Positions 52,978 through 62,324 of a stretch of DNA of 64,000 nucleotides are shown here, piece after piece. The DNA is taken from positions 970 to 64,969 of the forward strand of contig URWW01000001.1 in assembly GCA_900551665.1 (NCBI GenBank), written 5' to 3'. Both the position numbers and the translations under genes were made by a program. The notes beneath the pieces were generated by a model that searched no databases, was not told the origin of the DNA, and saw only the letters and a list, made by a program, of their open reading frames with translations. Origin of the DNA: an uncultured Collinsella sp. (GTDB lineage: Bacteria; Actinomycetota; Coriobacteriia; Coriobacteriales; Coriobacteriaceae). Every line of letters begins with the position of its first letter. Positions within the stretch are counted from its first letter, which is position 1.

Positions 52978-54462
52978 CTAGTTCTCCTCCGTTGCAAAAT
53001 TCCAGCCGGCGAGACGGTCGGCGGCGATGTCGATGCTCAGATAATCCGGCTCACCCGCCATGAGGCGCGCGAACGCGGTGAACAGGTAGTGCGCGTCGGT
53101 GGGGCCGGGCGAGGCCTCCGGGTGATACTGCACGCTGAAGCACGGGGCGTCGAGGAGCTGGATGCCCTCGGCGGTGCCGTCGTTGAGGTTCACATGCGTG
53201 AGGCGGATGCGGCCGAAGCGCTCGTTCTCCACCACCGGTGCGATGCCGCGCTCGACCCAGAAACGCAGGTCGCCATCGGCCGGATGCTCGGCAACGCCGC
53301 CGGACAGCTCGGGCACGAGGGCGCCCAGGCTTGGGAACACCAGGCCGAAGCCGTGGTTTTGCGCGGTGATCTCCACGCGACGCGTAAGGAGGTTCATGAC
53401 CGGCTGATTGCCGCCACGATGACCGAACTTGAGCTTTTCGATCTGCGCGCCGGCGGCCAGGCTGATCATCTGGTGGCCCAGGCAGATGCCGAATACGGGC
53501 ACACGGCCGATGAGCTGCTGCACCTGCGTGTACGTCTCGGGGACGGCGTCCGGGTCGCCGGGGCCGTTGGAGAGGAAGACGCCGTCGGGGTTCATCGCGA
53601 GCACCTCGGCAGCGGGAGTGTCCCACGGCACGACAGTGAGCTCGCACCCGGCGCGGACAAGGCCCTCGAGGATGCCGCGCTTTACGCCGCAGTCGTAGGC
53701 GACCACGCGATGCACGGCCGGGCTCGCCACGGATGCAGCGGCGAGTCCCTCCTCGGGCTCCGCGACCCCCTCACCCGCCGGAGAGGCCAGGGCGAAATCA
53801 TGGGAAGCGGGCAGGTCTGCCGCGGTAAAGGGGTGGGACTCGGGACAGCTCACGGTCTTCACGAGGTTCTCCCCCACCAGCTGGGGCGCCTCGGCGAGGC
53901 GGGAGGCGAGCTCGTCCAGATCGAATTCCTCGGTCGAGACGATGCCCATCTGGGCGCCATTGTCGCGCAGATGCTGGACGAGGGCGCGGGTGTCGACGCC
54001 CTCGATGGCGACGATGCCGAGCTCCTGCAGATATGCGGGGACGCTCATTGCGCTACGCCAGTTGGAAGGCGTGGGGCACATGTCGCGCACGACCATGGCT
54101 CGCATCGCCGGGGCGTTCGCGGGACGCGAGCCATCGCCGGGGAAAGCGCTCTGCACATCGGCGAGGTCGATGCCATAGTTGCCGATCTGCGGATAGGTCA
54201 TGGTCACGATCTGGCCGGCGTAGCTCGGGTCGGTCATGACCTCGAAGTAGCCCTCGAGCGAGGTGTTGAAGCAGACCTCGCCGGTCGCCGTGCCCGCAGC
54301 GCCGCAAGAGCGGCCGTAGAACACGGTGCCGTCGGCAAGCAGCAGCACTGCCGGGCTGGTATTTCCTTTTGAAGTGGATGCCATGATGCGCTGGGCAAGC
54401 GGGCTCGCGCAGGCGCGCGAAGATGCGGGCGCGCACGCGTCCGCAGGGCGGTTGAAACCCAT
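52978..54462 (-). CDS. carA: Carbamoyl-phosphate synthase small subunit, with N-terminal and internal extensions
   Basis: [49 protein letters not shown]. Confidence 0.97.
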   Translation of the reverse strand: MGFNRPADACAPASSRACASPLAQRIMASTSKGNTSPAVLLLADGTVFYGRSCGAAGTATGEVCFNTSLEGYFEVMTDPSYAGQIVTMTYPQIGNYGIDLADVQSAFPGDGSRPANAPAMRAMVVRDMCPTPSNWRSAMSVPAYLQELGIVAIEGVDTRALVQHLRDNGAQMGIVSTEEFDLDELASRLAEAPQLVGENLVKTVSCPESHPFTAADLPASHDFALASPAGEGVAEPEEGLAAASVASPAVHRVVAYDCGVKRGILEGLVRAGCELTVVPWDTPAAEVLAMNPDGVFLSNGPGDPDAVPETYTQVQQLIGRVPVFGICLGHQMISLAAGAQIEKLKFGHRGGNQPVMNLLTRRVEITAQNHGFGLVFPSLGALVPELSGGVAEHPADGDLRFWVERGIAPVVENERFGRIRLTHVNLNDGTAEGIQLLDAPCFSVQYHPEASPGPTDAHYLFTAFARLMAGEPDYLSIDIAADRLAGWNFATEEN

Positions 54463-54467
54463 CTCGT

Positions 54468-54500
54468 CTCCTTTTCGGTCTCTCGGTACCGGCTTAAAGG
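54468..54500 (-). promoter_or_regulatory. PyrR-binding RNA loop overlapping the carA Shine-Dalgarno
   Basis: Transcript reads CCUUUAA-GC-CGGU-ACCGAGAG-ACCG-AAAAGG-AG: CUUUAA bulge motif, GAGAG terminal loop, and a CCUU/AAGG closing stem. Confidence 0.7.
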
Positions 54501-54727
54501 CCGTATGGTCTCGGGGTATTGTACGCGACTTTGCAGAGTTTCGCGTAGGAAATAATTTTTATTCGGAGATTGATTGCTAATCGACCATTTTATGCATTTG
54601 CCATTTCATACCCCTATGACCGCCGTCCCTTCGCCCGGGTCGCCCCACGGGATGAGGCGGCCTCGTCACCGGTCAGGCAGCCCACCCGATGTCCCGTAAA
54701 GGTCCCACGGTCATCGCAGCCATGCGA

Positions 54728-54755
54728 TTGCCATGACCGCTGCCCGTGGTACAAT
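54728..54755 (+). promoter_or_regulatory. tRNA promoter
   Basis: TTGCCA-16 nt-TACAAT with an extended TGn -10, 9 nt upstream of the tRNA. Confidence 0.7.
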
Positions 54756-54764
54756 GCAGCACGC

Positions 54765-54837
54765 GGGTCATTAGCTCAGCTGGCAGAGCAGGGGACTTTT
54801 AATCCCAAGGCCCAGGGTTCGAACCCCTGATGACCCA
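54765..54837 (+). tRNA. tRNA-Lys (UUU); CCA end not fully encoded
   Basis: GGGTCAT/ATGACCC acceptor stem, GCTC/GAGC D arm, CTTTTAA anticodon loop, CAGGG-TTCGAAC-CCCTG T arm. Confidence 0.96.
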
Positions 54838-54849
54838 CCCTTCAACATG

Positions 54850-54882
54850 AACGCGAGGAGCCCAGCGCTTCTCGCGTTTTTT
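54850..54882 (+). terminator. tRNA terminator
   Basis: AACGCGAGGAGC...GCTTCTCGCGTT followed by a T-run. Confidence 0.8.
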
Positions 54883-55048
54883 GTTTGCCTCGCAAAGATT
54901 CAAACTCCGCTAGAGGTGCGCCGCACAAGGATTTGGACTCCGGCAGGGTGCGAGAGCTTGCAGAAACGCGCAATAGTTCCCCAGCGGGGCCCCATAAGGG
55001 CACAACACCGCAACGGAGGGAGGGCGGCGTAGCCGCCGGCCTCTATGT

Positions 55049-55183
55049 AGTTGAGGTTTTTCGTACTCGAATCGCGATTCATCGAGTAAGCGAGTTTTCA
55101 GCCTTTTTGTGACCTGCGCTTTTAACGCCACCCCATACACGTCTACTCGGCACAACCGGTTTTCAATACGAAAAACCTCAACT
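55049..55183. repeat. 135-bp element with perfect 17-bp terminal inverted repeats
   Basis: AGTTGAGGTTTTTCGTA (55049-55065) / TACGAAAAACCTCAACT (55167-55183). Confidence 0.8.
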
Positions 55184-55297
55184 TCGTTACAGCCATCCAA
55201 ATCGCCCGCAAGATGCGCCCAACCAAAAGCCCAACCATGGCCGGGCCTGCCGGGCAACGCGCCCGATGCGCATCTCGCATGACCGAGCCCCAAGCAT

Positions 55298-55325
55298 AAA
55301 AAAGCCGCCGACTCTCGCCGGCGGC
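55298..55325 (-). terminator. Terminator after the aminopeptidase
   Basis: Minus strand GCCGCCG...CGGCGGC followed by TTTTTT. Confidence 0.7.
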
Positions 55326-55332
55326 CAAAACC

Positions 55333-56613
55333 CTATTCCCAGGTCCACTGCCCGTTCACGAAGATCGGGACTTCCTCGCCATCCACGGTGACACCGGTGA
55401 TGTCCAAGTCGTCCGCACCAATCATGAAATCCACGTGCGCGGCGCTCTTGTTCAGACCCCGGCGACGAAGCTCCTCGGCGGTGAGCTCGCAACCCCCTTC
55501 GTAGCACTCGGGAAAAGCCGAGCCCAACGCCAAGTGGCAACTCGCGTTCTCGTCGTACAACGTGTCGTAAAACAAGATACCCGACTCGCGAATCGGCGTG
55601 TTCTTCGAGATCAGCGCGACCTCGCCCAAGCGGCGGGCGCCCTCATCGGTATCCAGAATGCTCGCAAGCGCATCGCGGCCGACTTCGGCATCGAACTCCA
55701 CGACGCGGCCGCACTCGAAGCGCATCCAGAAACGGTCGATCTTGTTACCGTGACGCACGAGCGGAAGGGCAGAATACACCACGCCGTCGACGCGGTCGCA
55801 GTCCGGAGAGGTGAAGACCTCTTCCGTGGGGATGTTCGGCGAGAACTCCCACCCGTCCGGGGTCACGCTCGAGCCGCCCTCCCACACATGGCGATCGGTC
55901 ATGCCGACCCACAGGTCGGTGCCGTTCGAGGAAGTGTAGTGCAGGCGGTCGAAATGCCGGTCGTTCAGCAGGCGCAGGTTCTTCTCAAACGTGGCGTCGT
56001 GCAGTTCCCACGCAGCTTCGGGGTCGTCGCCGTCGGCGCGGGCGACGGACAGGATCGCGCACCACAGACGATACACCGCAACCTCGTCCTCGACACCTGG
56101 ATACACGCGACGCGCCCACGCCGCCACGGGCGCACCGGCGATGCACCACTGGTTGATGTTGAAATCCATACCACGGCGATAGGCGGCGCACTGCGTGTTG
56201 CGTGCCTTGGCGGCGGCTGCGGGCTTTGCCGGATCGATGCCCTTGAGGGCCTCCGGGTCGGCCCCCTCGACGAAGATGAAGCAGGCGCCCGCCTCGGCGA
56301 GCGAGTCCAACTGCTCGCGCTGCCAGGAGGGAACCGTCTCAAACCACGATGCCTCGACGTTCTCGTACGTCAGGCGGGTGACCGCATCGTCGCTCCAGAT
56401 CACGGTCACGTGGCCGGCGCCGGCGGCGTAGGCGCGCGCGACCAGAATGCGGACGAACGGGGCGACCTCGACGGGCGCCTGCACGACGACTTCCTGACCG
56501 GGCTTGACGTTGACGCCCTTGCGTACGATGAGGTCGGCGTAGCGCTCAAGCTTGGGCTGGAACTTGACCATACCCGCCAGCGCATCTTCGACGGTGAGTT
56601 CCGCTTTGAACAT
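55333..56613 (-). CDS. Aminopeptidase, M29 family (AmpS/PepS-like)
   Basis: YA.LIV..GVNV.PGQ, PNIPTEEVFTSP, GARRLGEVAL, YDENASCHLALG, HVDFMIG. Confidence 0.94.
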   Translation of the reverse strand: MFKAELTVEDALAGMVKFQPKLERYADLIVRKGVNVKPGQEVVVQAPVEVAPFVRILVARAYAAGAGHVTVIWSDDAVTRLTYENVEASWFETVPSWQREQLDSLAEAGACFIFVEGADPEALKGIDPAKPAAAAKARNTQCAAYRRGMDFNINQWCIAGAPVAAWARRVYPGVEDEVAVYRLWCAILSVARADGDDPEAAWELHDATFEKNLRLLNDRHFDRLHYTSSNGTDLWVGMTDRHVWEGGSSVTPDGWEFSPNIPTEEVFTSPDCDRVDGVVYSALPLVRHGNKIDRFWMRFECGRVVEFDAEVGRDALASILDTDEGARRLGEVALISKNTPIRESGILFYDTLYDENASCHLALGSAFPECYEGGCELTAEELRRRGLNKSAAHVDFMIGADDLDITGVTVDGEEVPIFVNGQWTWE

Positions 56614-56616
56614 ATG

Positions 56617-57196
56617 CTACTTGCCCTGCTTCTTGTCCTTGGGGGCGATGGAGCGCTCGATGACGGCGTCGAGCTTGGCCTCGGACATGCCGGCGGCAGC
56701 CTCGCGACAGGCGTTGCGAATGGGGCGGATCTTCACGAAATCGAAGATGAAGGCGATGATGATGGCCGCGTACGCCACGACGAGCAGCGCGATCTGCGCG
56801 GTCTGGCCGCTGCCGGAGGCCATGCCCTCCTCGCCCATGACGGCGAGCAGGACCCACATGCCCACCAGAGCGGCGATGCCGATGGCGAGCAGGACCCACC
56901 AGACACGGCGAAGGCGCGGGTAGCTCTCGTCCTCCTTCATGAGCTGGCTGGCGGCGGTGTACACGCGGTCCTCGGCTCGGCGCAGCTCCGCCTTGCGGGC
57001 CTTCTTCTCCTCCTTGCTCCTCGCCGCGCTCGGCGGCGGCACGCTTGGCCTTCGCCGAGGACGGGACAACGCGGACCGAGCCGCCCGCGGGACGGGCGGG
57101 CTTGGCGGAAGAGGTCGACTTGCGGGCCATGCCGGAACCGGACATGCCCTGCAATTTATCCTGGCTACGCTTGTTCTGGGCGCTTCGGGTGCTCAC
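56617..57196 (-). pseudogene. Two-TM hypothetical membrane protein interrupted by a frameshift near 57019
   Basis: SD AGAAGGAG plus GTG 57196 gives MSTRSAQNKR...AAAERGE; the protein-like continuation SKEEKKARK...TM...TM...KKQGK* is in another frame, one base later. Confidence 0.7.
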
Positions 57197-57292
57197 TTGC
57201 TCGTTCTCCTTCTAAACGTCTCGGGATCGATGCGGCGCGCACGACGCCCTCGGCCGAATCCGGCCGGTCGACACCCCTCCGAGGTTTTGCAG

Positions 57293-58801
57293 CTAATGCT
57301 TCATTGTAGTTGAACCGGCCTCGGGTTCCAGTTCACGAGGCAGATGAATCGTGAAAGTCGTGCCCTTTTCAAGCTCGGACTCGACGGCGATGAAGCCGTG
57401 ATGGCGCTCGACGATCGATTTGGTCACCGCCAGGCCCACGCCCAGGCCGCCGGCCTCGCGGGCTCGGCTCGCATCCGCGCGCCAGAAACGGCCGAAGATG
57501 CGGGCGAGGTCGTCTTTGGCGATGCCGATGCCCGTATCGGACACCGTGACCATCACGTGCTTGCGGTCGCCGTGGACCGAAACGACGACCCATCCGTCCT
57601 CGGGCGTGTAGCGCATCGCGTTGCTCATGAGGTTGATGACGCACTGGGTGATCATGTCCGCGTCGCAGGTGATCACCGCAGAGCGGCCCTGCATCTCATC
57701 GGCGAACCTCAGGTGGAGGCCCTTGTTGTGGAAGAGCTGGTGCTGGTTGTTCACGATGGTGCGGGTGAGCTGGACAATATCGACCTGGTCCAGGCGCAGA
57801 GGCGCGGCATGATTCTCCTGACGGCTCAAGTCGAGCGTCTGCTGCACCAGGCGGGCCAAGCGGCGCGTCTCGGAAGCCACGGTCTCCAGATGCTCGGCAT
57901 CGGTGGGATACACCCCGTCCTGCATGGCCTCGACGGTCGCCTGCATGGCCATGAGCGGAGTGCGGAGCTCGTGCGCGACGTCCGAGGTGAGCCGGCGTTC
58001 GCGCTTGAGATCGCGCTCGAGGTTCGCCGCCATCTCATCGAAGGTCTCTCCGAGCTGGTCGATCTCGTCGTCGCCGCGCATGTTGGTGCGGGCGGAGAGG
58101 TCGCCCTCGCGAATGCGGCGGGCGGTGTCGGTGATGGTCCCCACGGGCTTGGTGAACATACGGGAGACCAGGAAGCCCACGATCACCGAGATGGAGATGG
58201 CGATGAAGGCCGCAAGGCCCATCGCGTTGAAGGTGCGCTCGCGAAACGCCGTGTCCGCCTTGGTGAGCAGCGCGTCGCTGCCGAGCACCCATAGGCGCGC
58301 ATCGCCGATGCGCAGGCCGTCGGCCGTGATGATGGGCACAGTCACGGCCGACTCCGGGTCCGTGGGCGCCTTGGAGACCGGGCTGTGCTCCTTGGCGTGG
58401 CGCGCCGGGAGTGTGTCGTCGTACAGGATCTTGCCGGTGTCGTCCGTCACCTGCAGGCCGATATCGTCGGAAAGGGCCCCGGACTCCGCGATGGCCGCCA
58501 GGGATTCGCGATTCCAGCCGCCCTCCACCGTATAGACCTCGGCGATCTTGGCCGCGGTCACATGGGCGATCTCCTCGACGTTGGCGCGGGTGTAATCCGA
58601 GAAGGCGCCGCCCCAGACCACCATGACCACGGAGGCCAGGATCATGACCGTGACCAGCGAAGTCAGGGCGAACGAGAGCGCCATCCTGCCGCCGTAGCTG
58701 ATGCCGGCGCGCGGGGTGGCGTGCGGGGTGTTCCAGCTCGCACGACTCGAGGACGCCTCACCCTCGTACCCGTGTTTTTGCCCGATGACCAGTCGCGCCA
58801 T
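57293..58801 (-). CDS. Sensor histidine kinase (two TM, HAMP, HisKA, HATPase; BaeS-like)
   Basis: DEI..LG.TFD.MA, DVAHELRTPL, NLMSNA.RY, DTGIGI, GLGVGLA, G.GTTF-like box. Confidence 0.94.
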   Translation of the reverse strand: MARLVIGQKHGYEGEASSSRASWNTPHATPRAGISYGGRMALSFALTSLVTVMILASVVMVVWGGAFSDYTRANVEEIAHVTAAKIAEVYTVEGGWNRESLAAIAESGALSDDIGLQVTDDTGKILYDDTLPARHAKEHSPVSKAPTDPESAVTVPIITADGLRIGDARLWVLGSDALLTKADTAFRERTFNAMGLAAFIAISISVIVGFLVSRMFTKPVGTITDTARRIREGDLSARTNMRGDDEIDQLGETFDEMAANLERDLKRERRLTSDVAHELRTPLMAMQATVEAMQDGVYPTDAEHLETVASETRRLARLVQQTLDLSRQENHAAPLRLDQVDIVQLTRTIVNNQHQLFHNKGLHLRFADEMQGRSAVITCDADMITQCVINLMSNAMRYTPEDGWVVVSVHGDRKHVMVTVSDTGIGIAKDDLARIFGRFWRADASRAREAGGLGVGLAVTKSIVERHHGFIAVESELEKGTTFTIHLPRELEPEAGSTTMKH

Positions 58802-58820
58802 CTCATCCTCCTCATGGTTG

Positions 58821-58893
58821 GGTCTCAAATGGGGACAGGTACAAATTGCGACACTCGGGGCGTCTCAATTTGTACCTGTCCCCATTTGAGACC
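58821..58893. repeat. REP-like inverted doublet between the response regulator and the kinase
   Basis: GGTCTCAAATGGGGACAGGTACAAATTGCGAC ... GTCTCAATTTGTACCTGTCCCCATTTGAGACC. Confidence 0.85.
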
Positions 58894-58905
58894 GCCCGCT
58901 AAACG

Positions 58906-58938
58906 AAAAACGGGCGCCACGATGATCGCGGCGCCCGT
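58906..58938 (-). terminator. Intra-operon terminator after the response regulator
   Basis: Minus strand ACGGGCGCCGCGAT...ATCGTGGCGCCCGT followed by TTTT. Confidence 0.7.
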
Positions 58939-58949
58939 CTGCAGACGTG

Positions 58950-59669
58950 TTACTTGTCGGCCTTGTCCGACTGCGCGGGAGCCTCGAAGCGGTAACCCAC
59001 GCCGTGGACGGTGTAGAGCCATTTGGGCTTCTTGGGGTCGTCGCCCAGCTTGGCACGCAGGTTCTTGACGTGCGAGTCGATCGTGCGCTCATAGCCCTCG
59101 AAGTCGTAGCCGAGGACCTTCTCCACCAGCTCCATGCGGTTGTACACGCGACCCGGATGACGGGCGAGCGTGGTAAGGAGCTTGAACTCGGAAGCGGTGA
59201 GGTCGACCTCTTTGCCCTCGACCAGGATCTTATGACCGGAGATGTCGATCACCAGATCGCCGAAGTCCAGAACCTCGACCTGGGGCTCATCGGCCTGGTG
59301 GGCGCGACGGAACAGCGCGCGCACGCGGGCGACCAGCTCGCGCGGGGAGAACGGCTTGATGAGGTAATCGTCGGCACCGAGCTCGAGACCGATGATGCGG
59401 TCCTCGACCTCGCCCTTGGCGGTGAGCATGATGATCGGCACATCCGAGGTATCGCGAATGGCGCGGCAAACGCGCTCGCCAGAGAGCTTGGGGAGCATGA
59501 GGTCGAGAACGATCAGGTCGAACTGATGCTTCTCGAACTCCTCGACGGCAGACTGGCCGTCGCCAACGCCCACGACCCAATAGCCCTCGCGCTCCAAATA
59601 TGCGGCGACCGCATCGCGGATGGCCTTCTCGTCTTCAACCAACAAAATCTTACGTGCATCTGAAGCCAT
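58950..59669 (-). CDS. OmpR/PhoB family response regulator
   Basis: LVEDE, LDLMLP, MLTAK, GADDY..KPF, RTIDSHV.NLR.KL, V.GVGYRF. Confidence 0.96.
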   Translation of the reverse strand: MASDARKILLVEDEKAIRDAVAAYLEREGYWVVGVGDGQSAVEEFEKHQFDLIVLDLMLPKLSGERVCRAIRDTSDVPIIMLTAKGEVEDRIIGLELGADDYLIKPFSPRELVARVRALFRRAHQADEPQVEVLDFGDLVIDISGHKILVEGKEVDLTASEFKLLTTLARHPGRVYNRMELVEKVLGYDFEGYERTIDSHVKNLRAKLGDDPKKPKWLYTVHGVGYRFEAPAQSDKADK

Positions 59670-59795
59670 GGGCGGCCTCCTCGTCTCGTGATCAAGCATC
59701 GCTTCATTTTAACTCATGACAGCGACGCATTTCTTCAACCAGTATGCCCAATCTGCTGAACGCTCAATCAGTTGGGCCTTCCGGCGCACATGTCA

Positions 59796-61040
59796 TCACG
59801 CGAGAGGGAACACCCTGAGCTGGACCGCAGCCGGCAGACCATCCTCGCCGCGCACCGTGGCATAGGTCACGAAGCGATCGGTCTCGCCCTCGCTCGCGGG
59901 ATAGTCGCCGTAGTCGATCGCCTTGTCGGGGGCAGTCAGCACGGCGTACGTCCGCGCATCGGTGTCCACCACGAAGTGGGAGGAGCGGGCCTTGATGAGA
60001 TAGCGGCTCCCCTTTCCCGCCACGCCCGCAAGCGGTTCGCGGCTCAAATAGACGAAAGGCCCTCCCTCGCGGCCGATGAAGGTCCCCATATTGCCCAGGC
60101 TTCCACCGTAGCCGTAGTTGGCCTCGACGGAGAAGGCGAAGACGCCGTTCATGTAGACGGCCTCAAACGGGCTGACGTTCTGGGGCATGACGAGCTGGTC
60201 GACCGCCTTGCCATTCGAGAGGTCGATTGCGGTCAGGCCGTAGAACGTTCCATCCTCGGTGTTCACGCGCGGGGTGACGGTGAGGTACCCGCCGCTCACA
60301 CGGGGCCATGTGGCGAAGCGGCCCGGGCTCTCGTACAGGTCCTTGGCCTTTGCGTCGCCGAACGCCCAAACGTGGCAATGCGAGAACTCGGCGCGTTTCG
60401 AACCGCTCGCCAAAGGCATCTTCTGCCAAATCACGCGACCTTCCGCCACGGCGAAGCGCGCGGGCTCCCAATCGGCGTCTCCGCGATCGAGCTCGACCGC
60501 GTCGCCGGAGAGCGCACCGTTCGTCAGCTCCTGGGCGAGCAGCGCCCAGTCACCCGTCGCGTAGTTCATCTCGATCCAGGCGTACACCGTCTCGCCGCAG
60601 CGCACGTCGTGGAAACCGTACGCAGCACCTTTCGTGGGCTCGGAGATCAGCGTGGTGCGCGCACCCGAGGCCAGGGAGATGATGCCGAGGGTGTTGATCG
60701 ACCGGGCGCTCGAGGGCGCCTCGAGCAAGGCCGCCCATGCGCCCTCAGAGTGGAACGGGACCGTTCCGAGCGGGATGTCCCAGGCGAACTGCGCCGCGAG
60801 GGCGTTGTCCACGTTCTTGTATTCCTCGACCACGTCCGTGATCTTGGAATCATCCGTGATGACCTGCGGCTCGCCGGAGACCTTGTCGGAGCCCCCATCG
60901 GATCCGCAGCCCACAAGCGAGACCGCGCCGAGCGCCGCGGTGGCCGCTGCGGCGCCCTTGAAGAGGGAACGGCGGGAGAAACCCGCTCCGGACCTCCCCT
61001 CGGCGGCGGACGTCCCGTCGACTTTCACGCGATGCCTCAT
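59796..61040 (-). CDS. Tat-exported putative lipoprotein of unknown function
   Basis: FSRRSLFK twin-arginine motif, h-region, LVGC lipobox. Confidence 0.75.
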   Translation of the reverse strand: MRHRVKVDGTSAAEGRSGAGFSRRSLFKGAAAATAALGAVSLVGCGSDGGSDKVSGEPQVITDDSKITDVVEEYKNVDNALAAQFAWDIPLGTVPFHSEGAWAALLEAPSSARSINTLGIISLASGARTTLISEPTKGAAYGFHDVRCGETVYAWIEMNYATGDWALLAQELTNGALSGDAVELDRGDADWEPARFAVAEGRVIWQKMPLASGSKRAEFSHCHVWAFGDAKAKDLYESPGRFATWPRVSGGYLTVTPRVNTEDGTFYGLTAIDLSNGKAVDQLVMPQNVSPFEAVYMNGVFAFSVEANYGYGGSLGNMGTFIGREGGPFVYLSREPLAGVAGKGSRYLIKARSSHFVVDTDARTYAVLTAPDKAIDYGDYPASEGETDRFVTYATVRGEDGLPAAVQLRVFPLA

Positions 61041-61051
61041 GACCATTCCGG

Positions 61052-61318
61052 CTACTCGGCGATCTGGGACTGAGCCTCGCGCAGGGCGCGGGTCATCTGA
61101 TCAGCGCAGGAGGTCTTGCGCGGACCGCAGGTGTTGCCCTCGAGCATCTCCACGATGCGGTCAACCGGCTGACCGGCCACGAGCTTGCCGATGGCCTTGA
61201 GATTGCCGTTGCAGCCGCCCTCAAACGAGACGTTCTCAATGATCTTGCCGTCCTCGGACAGTTCCACGTGGATCATGCGGGCGCAAACGCCGCGCGGCTT
61301 GAAATCGAGCTTGGTCAT
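61052..61318 (-). CDS. Small TSCPD-domain protein (TIGR03905-like)
   Basis: P.GVC, F.GGCNGNL, CG.R.TSCADQ. Confidence 0.85.
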   Translation of the reverse strand: MTKLDFKPRGVCARMIHVELSEDGKIIENVSFEGGCNGNLKAIGKLVAGQPVDRIVEMLEGNTCGPRKTSCADQMTRALREAQSQIAE

Positions 61319-61565
61319 GATCATGCCCCTCACTATCGGTCTTTCTGCTGGAAAAGTATGCCACACCCTTATGTGCAGTTTGGGGATGCACCTCCCCTGG
61401 CCCGTCTTGCGACAAATACCTATGCCCGCTGCGAAATTGTCTATGGATGCCCGCCTTTTGCGCGAATCAAACGGCAGACATCCATAGGCAATCCCCATGT
61501 GGCACCGCAATCGCCGTGCAACGCGAGCAACCTCGCCCGGGGCTCACGTCCCGCAATTCACGCAC

Positions 61566-61600
61566 AGAAAAAGGGCGAGCCCGAAGGCCCGCCCTTTCTT
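61566..61600 (-). terminator. Terminator after the cytochrome gene
   Basis: AAAGGGCG...CGCCCTTT hairpin with flanking A/T runs. Confidence 0.7.
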
Positions 61601-61625
61601 GGTGCTCTATCGCAGCCTGCCGAAA

Positions 61626-62300
61626 TTACTCGGCGGCCTCGAACAGGAACGGCGTGGTCCAACCGTCCGGCACGGCGCCCTCGGAGCCGTCGCCAAGCTC
61701 CTGCTTGGTCCAACCCTCGGGGATGCCGCCCTCGCCTTCCCAGGCACCGACCTGGTGGCAGCCGGCGCAGGTGAAGACGCTCTGGTCATGCATGCGGTGG
61801 CAGGAATTGCACTGCTGCACGCCGTGGAAGTCGCTGTGCGGGTCGAAGGCGAGGTCCTTGGTGGAGGACTCGCTCGCACCGGGCATGATGCCGGCGCCCG
61901 CGTGGCAACCGCTCTGCAGGCAGAACTCGTTGGTGTAGGTCACCTTGGCGAGCGGGGTCTCGTGGTTGCCCGTGAGCTGGGACTGAGCCATGCGCACGGA
62001 GGTGCCGAGCGTGTTCTCGTGGCAGTCCAGGCACTTGCCGTTCACGACGCCCTTGTGGGCGAACGCCAGGGAATCAGTCTGATTCTCGAACGTGTCGTAG
62101 TACTTGCCCATGGTGCTGTGGCACAGGGCGTCGCAGTAGCCGGGGGTGGCGCGCCAAGCCCAGCCGGCGACACCGAGAACCGTCACGGCCACGACGGCGG
62201 CGATCACGATGGGAAGGCGCTTGCCCTTCCAGTCGCGCTTCTTCTTGGGAGTCTCGGACGCGGTCTCGGCCACGTTCGTCTCCTTGGTCTCATCAGCCAT
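61626..62300 (-). CDS. Membrane-anchored multiheme cytochrome c (five candidate heme sites)
   Basis: N-terminal TM; CDALCH, CLDCH, CLQSGCH, CNSCH, CAGCH. Confidence 0.88.
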   Translation of the reverse strand: MADETKETNVAETASETPKKKRDWKGKRLPIVIAAVVAVTVLGVAGWAWRATPGYCDALCHSTMGKYYDTFENQTDSLAFAHKGVVNGKCLDCHENTLGTSVRMAQSQLTGNHETPLAKVTYTNEFCLQSGCHAGAGIMPGASESSTKDLAFDPHSDFHGVQQCNSCHRMHDQSVFTCAGCHQVGAWEGEGGIPEGWTKQELGDGSEGAVPDGWTTPFLFEAAE

Positions 62301-62324
62301 AGTTGCTCCTCTACCTCAAGCGAC

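Noticed and set aside
54765..55330. Possible tRNA-anchored genomic island or prophage
   Set aside because: No integrase and no duplicated tRNA 3' end seen; housekeeping genes resume within 500 bp
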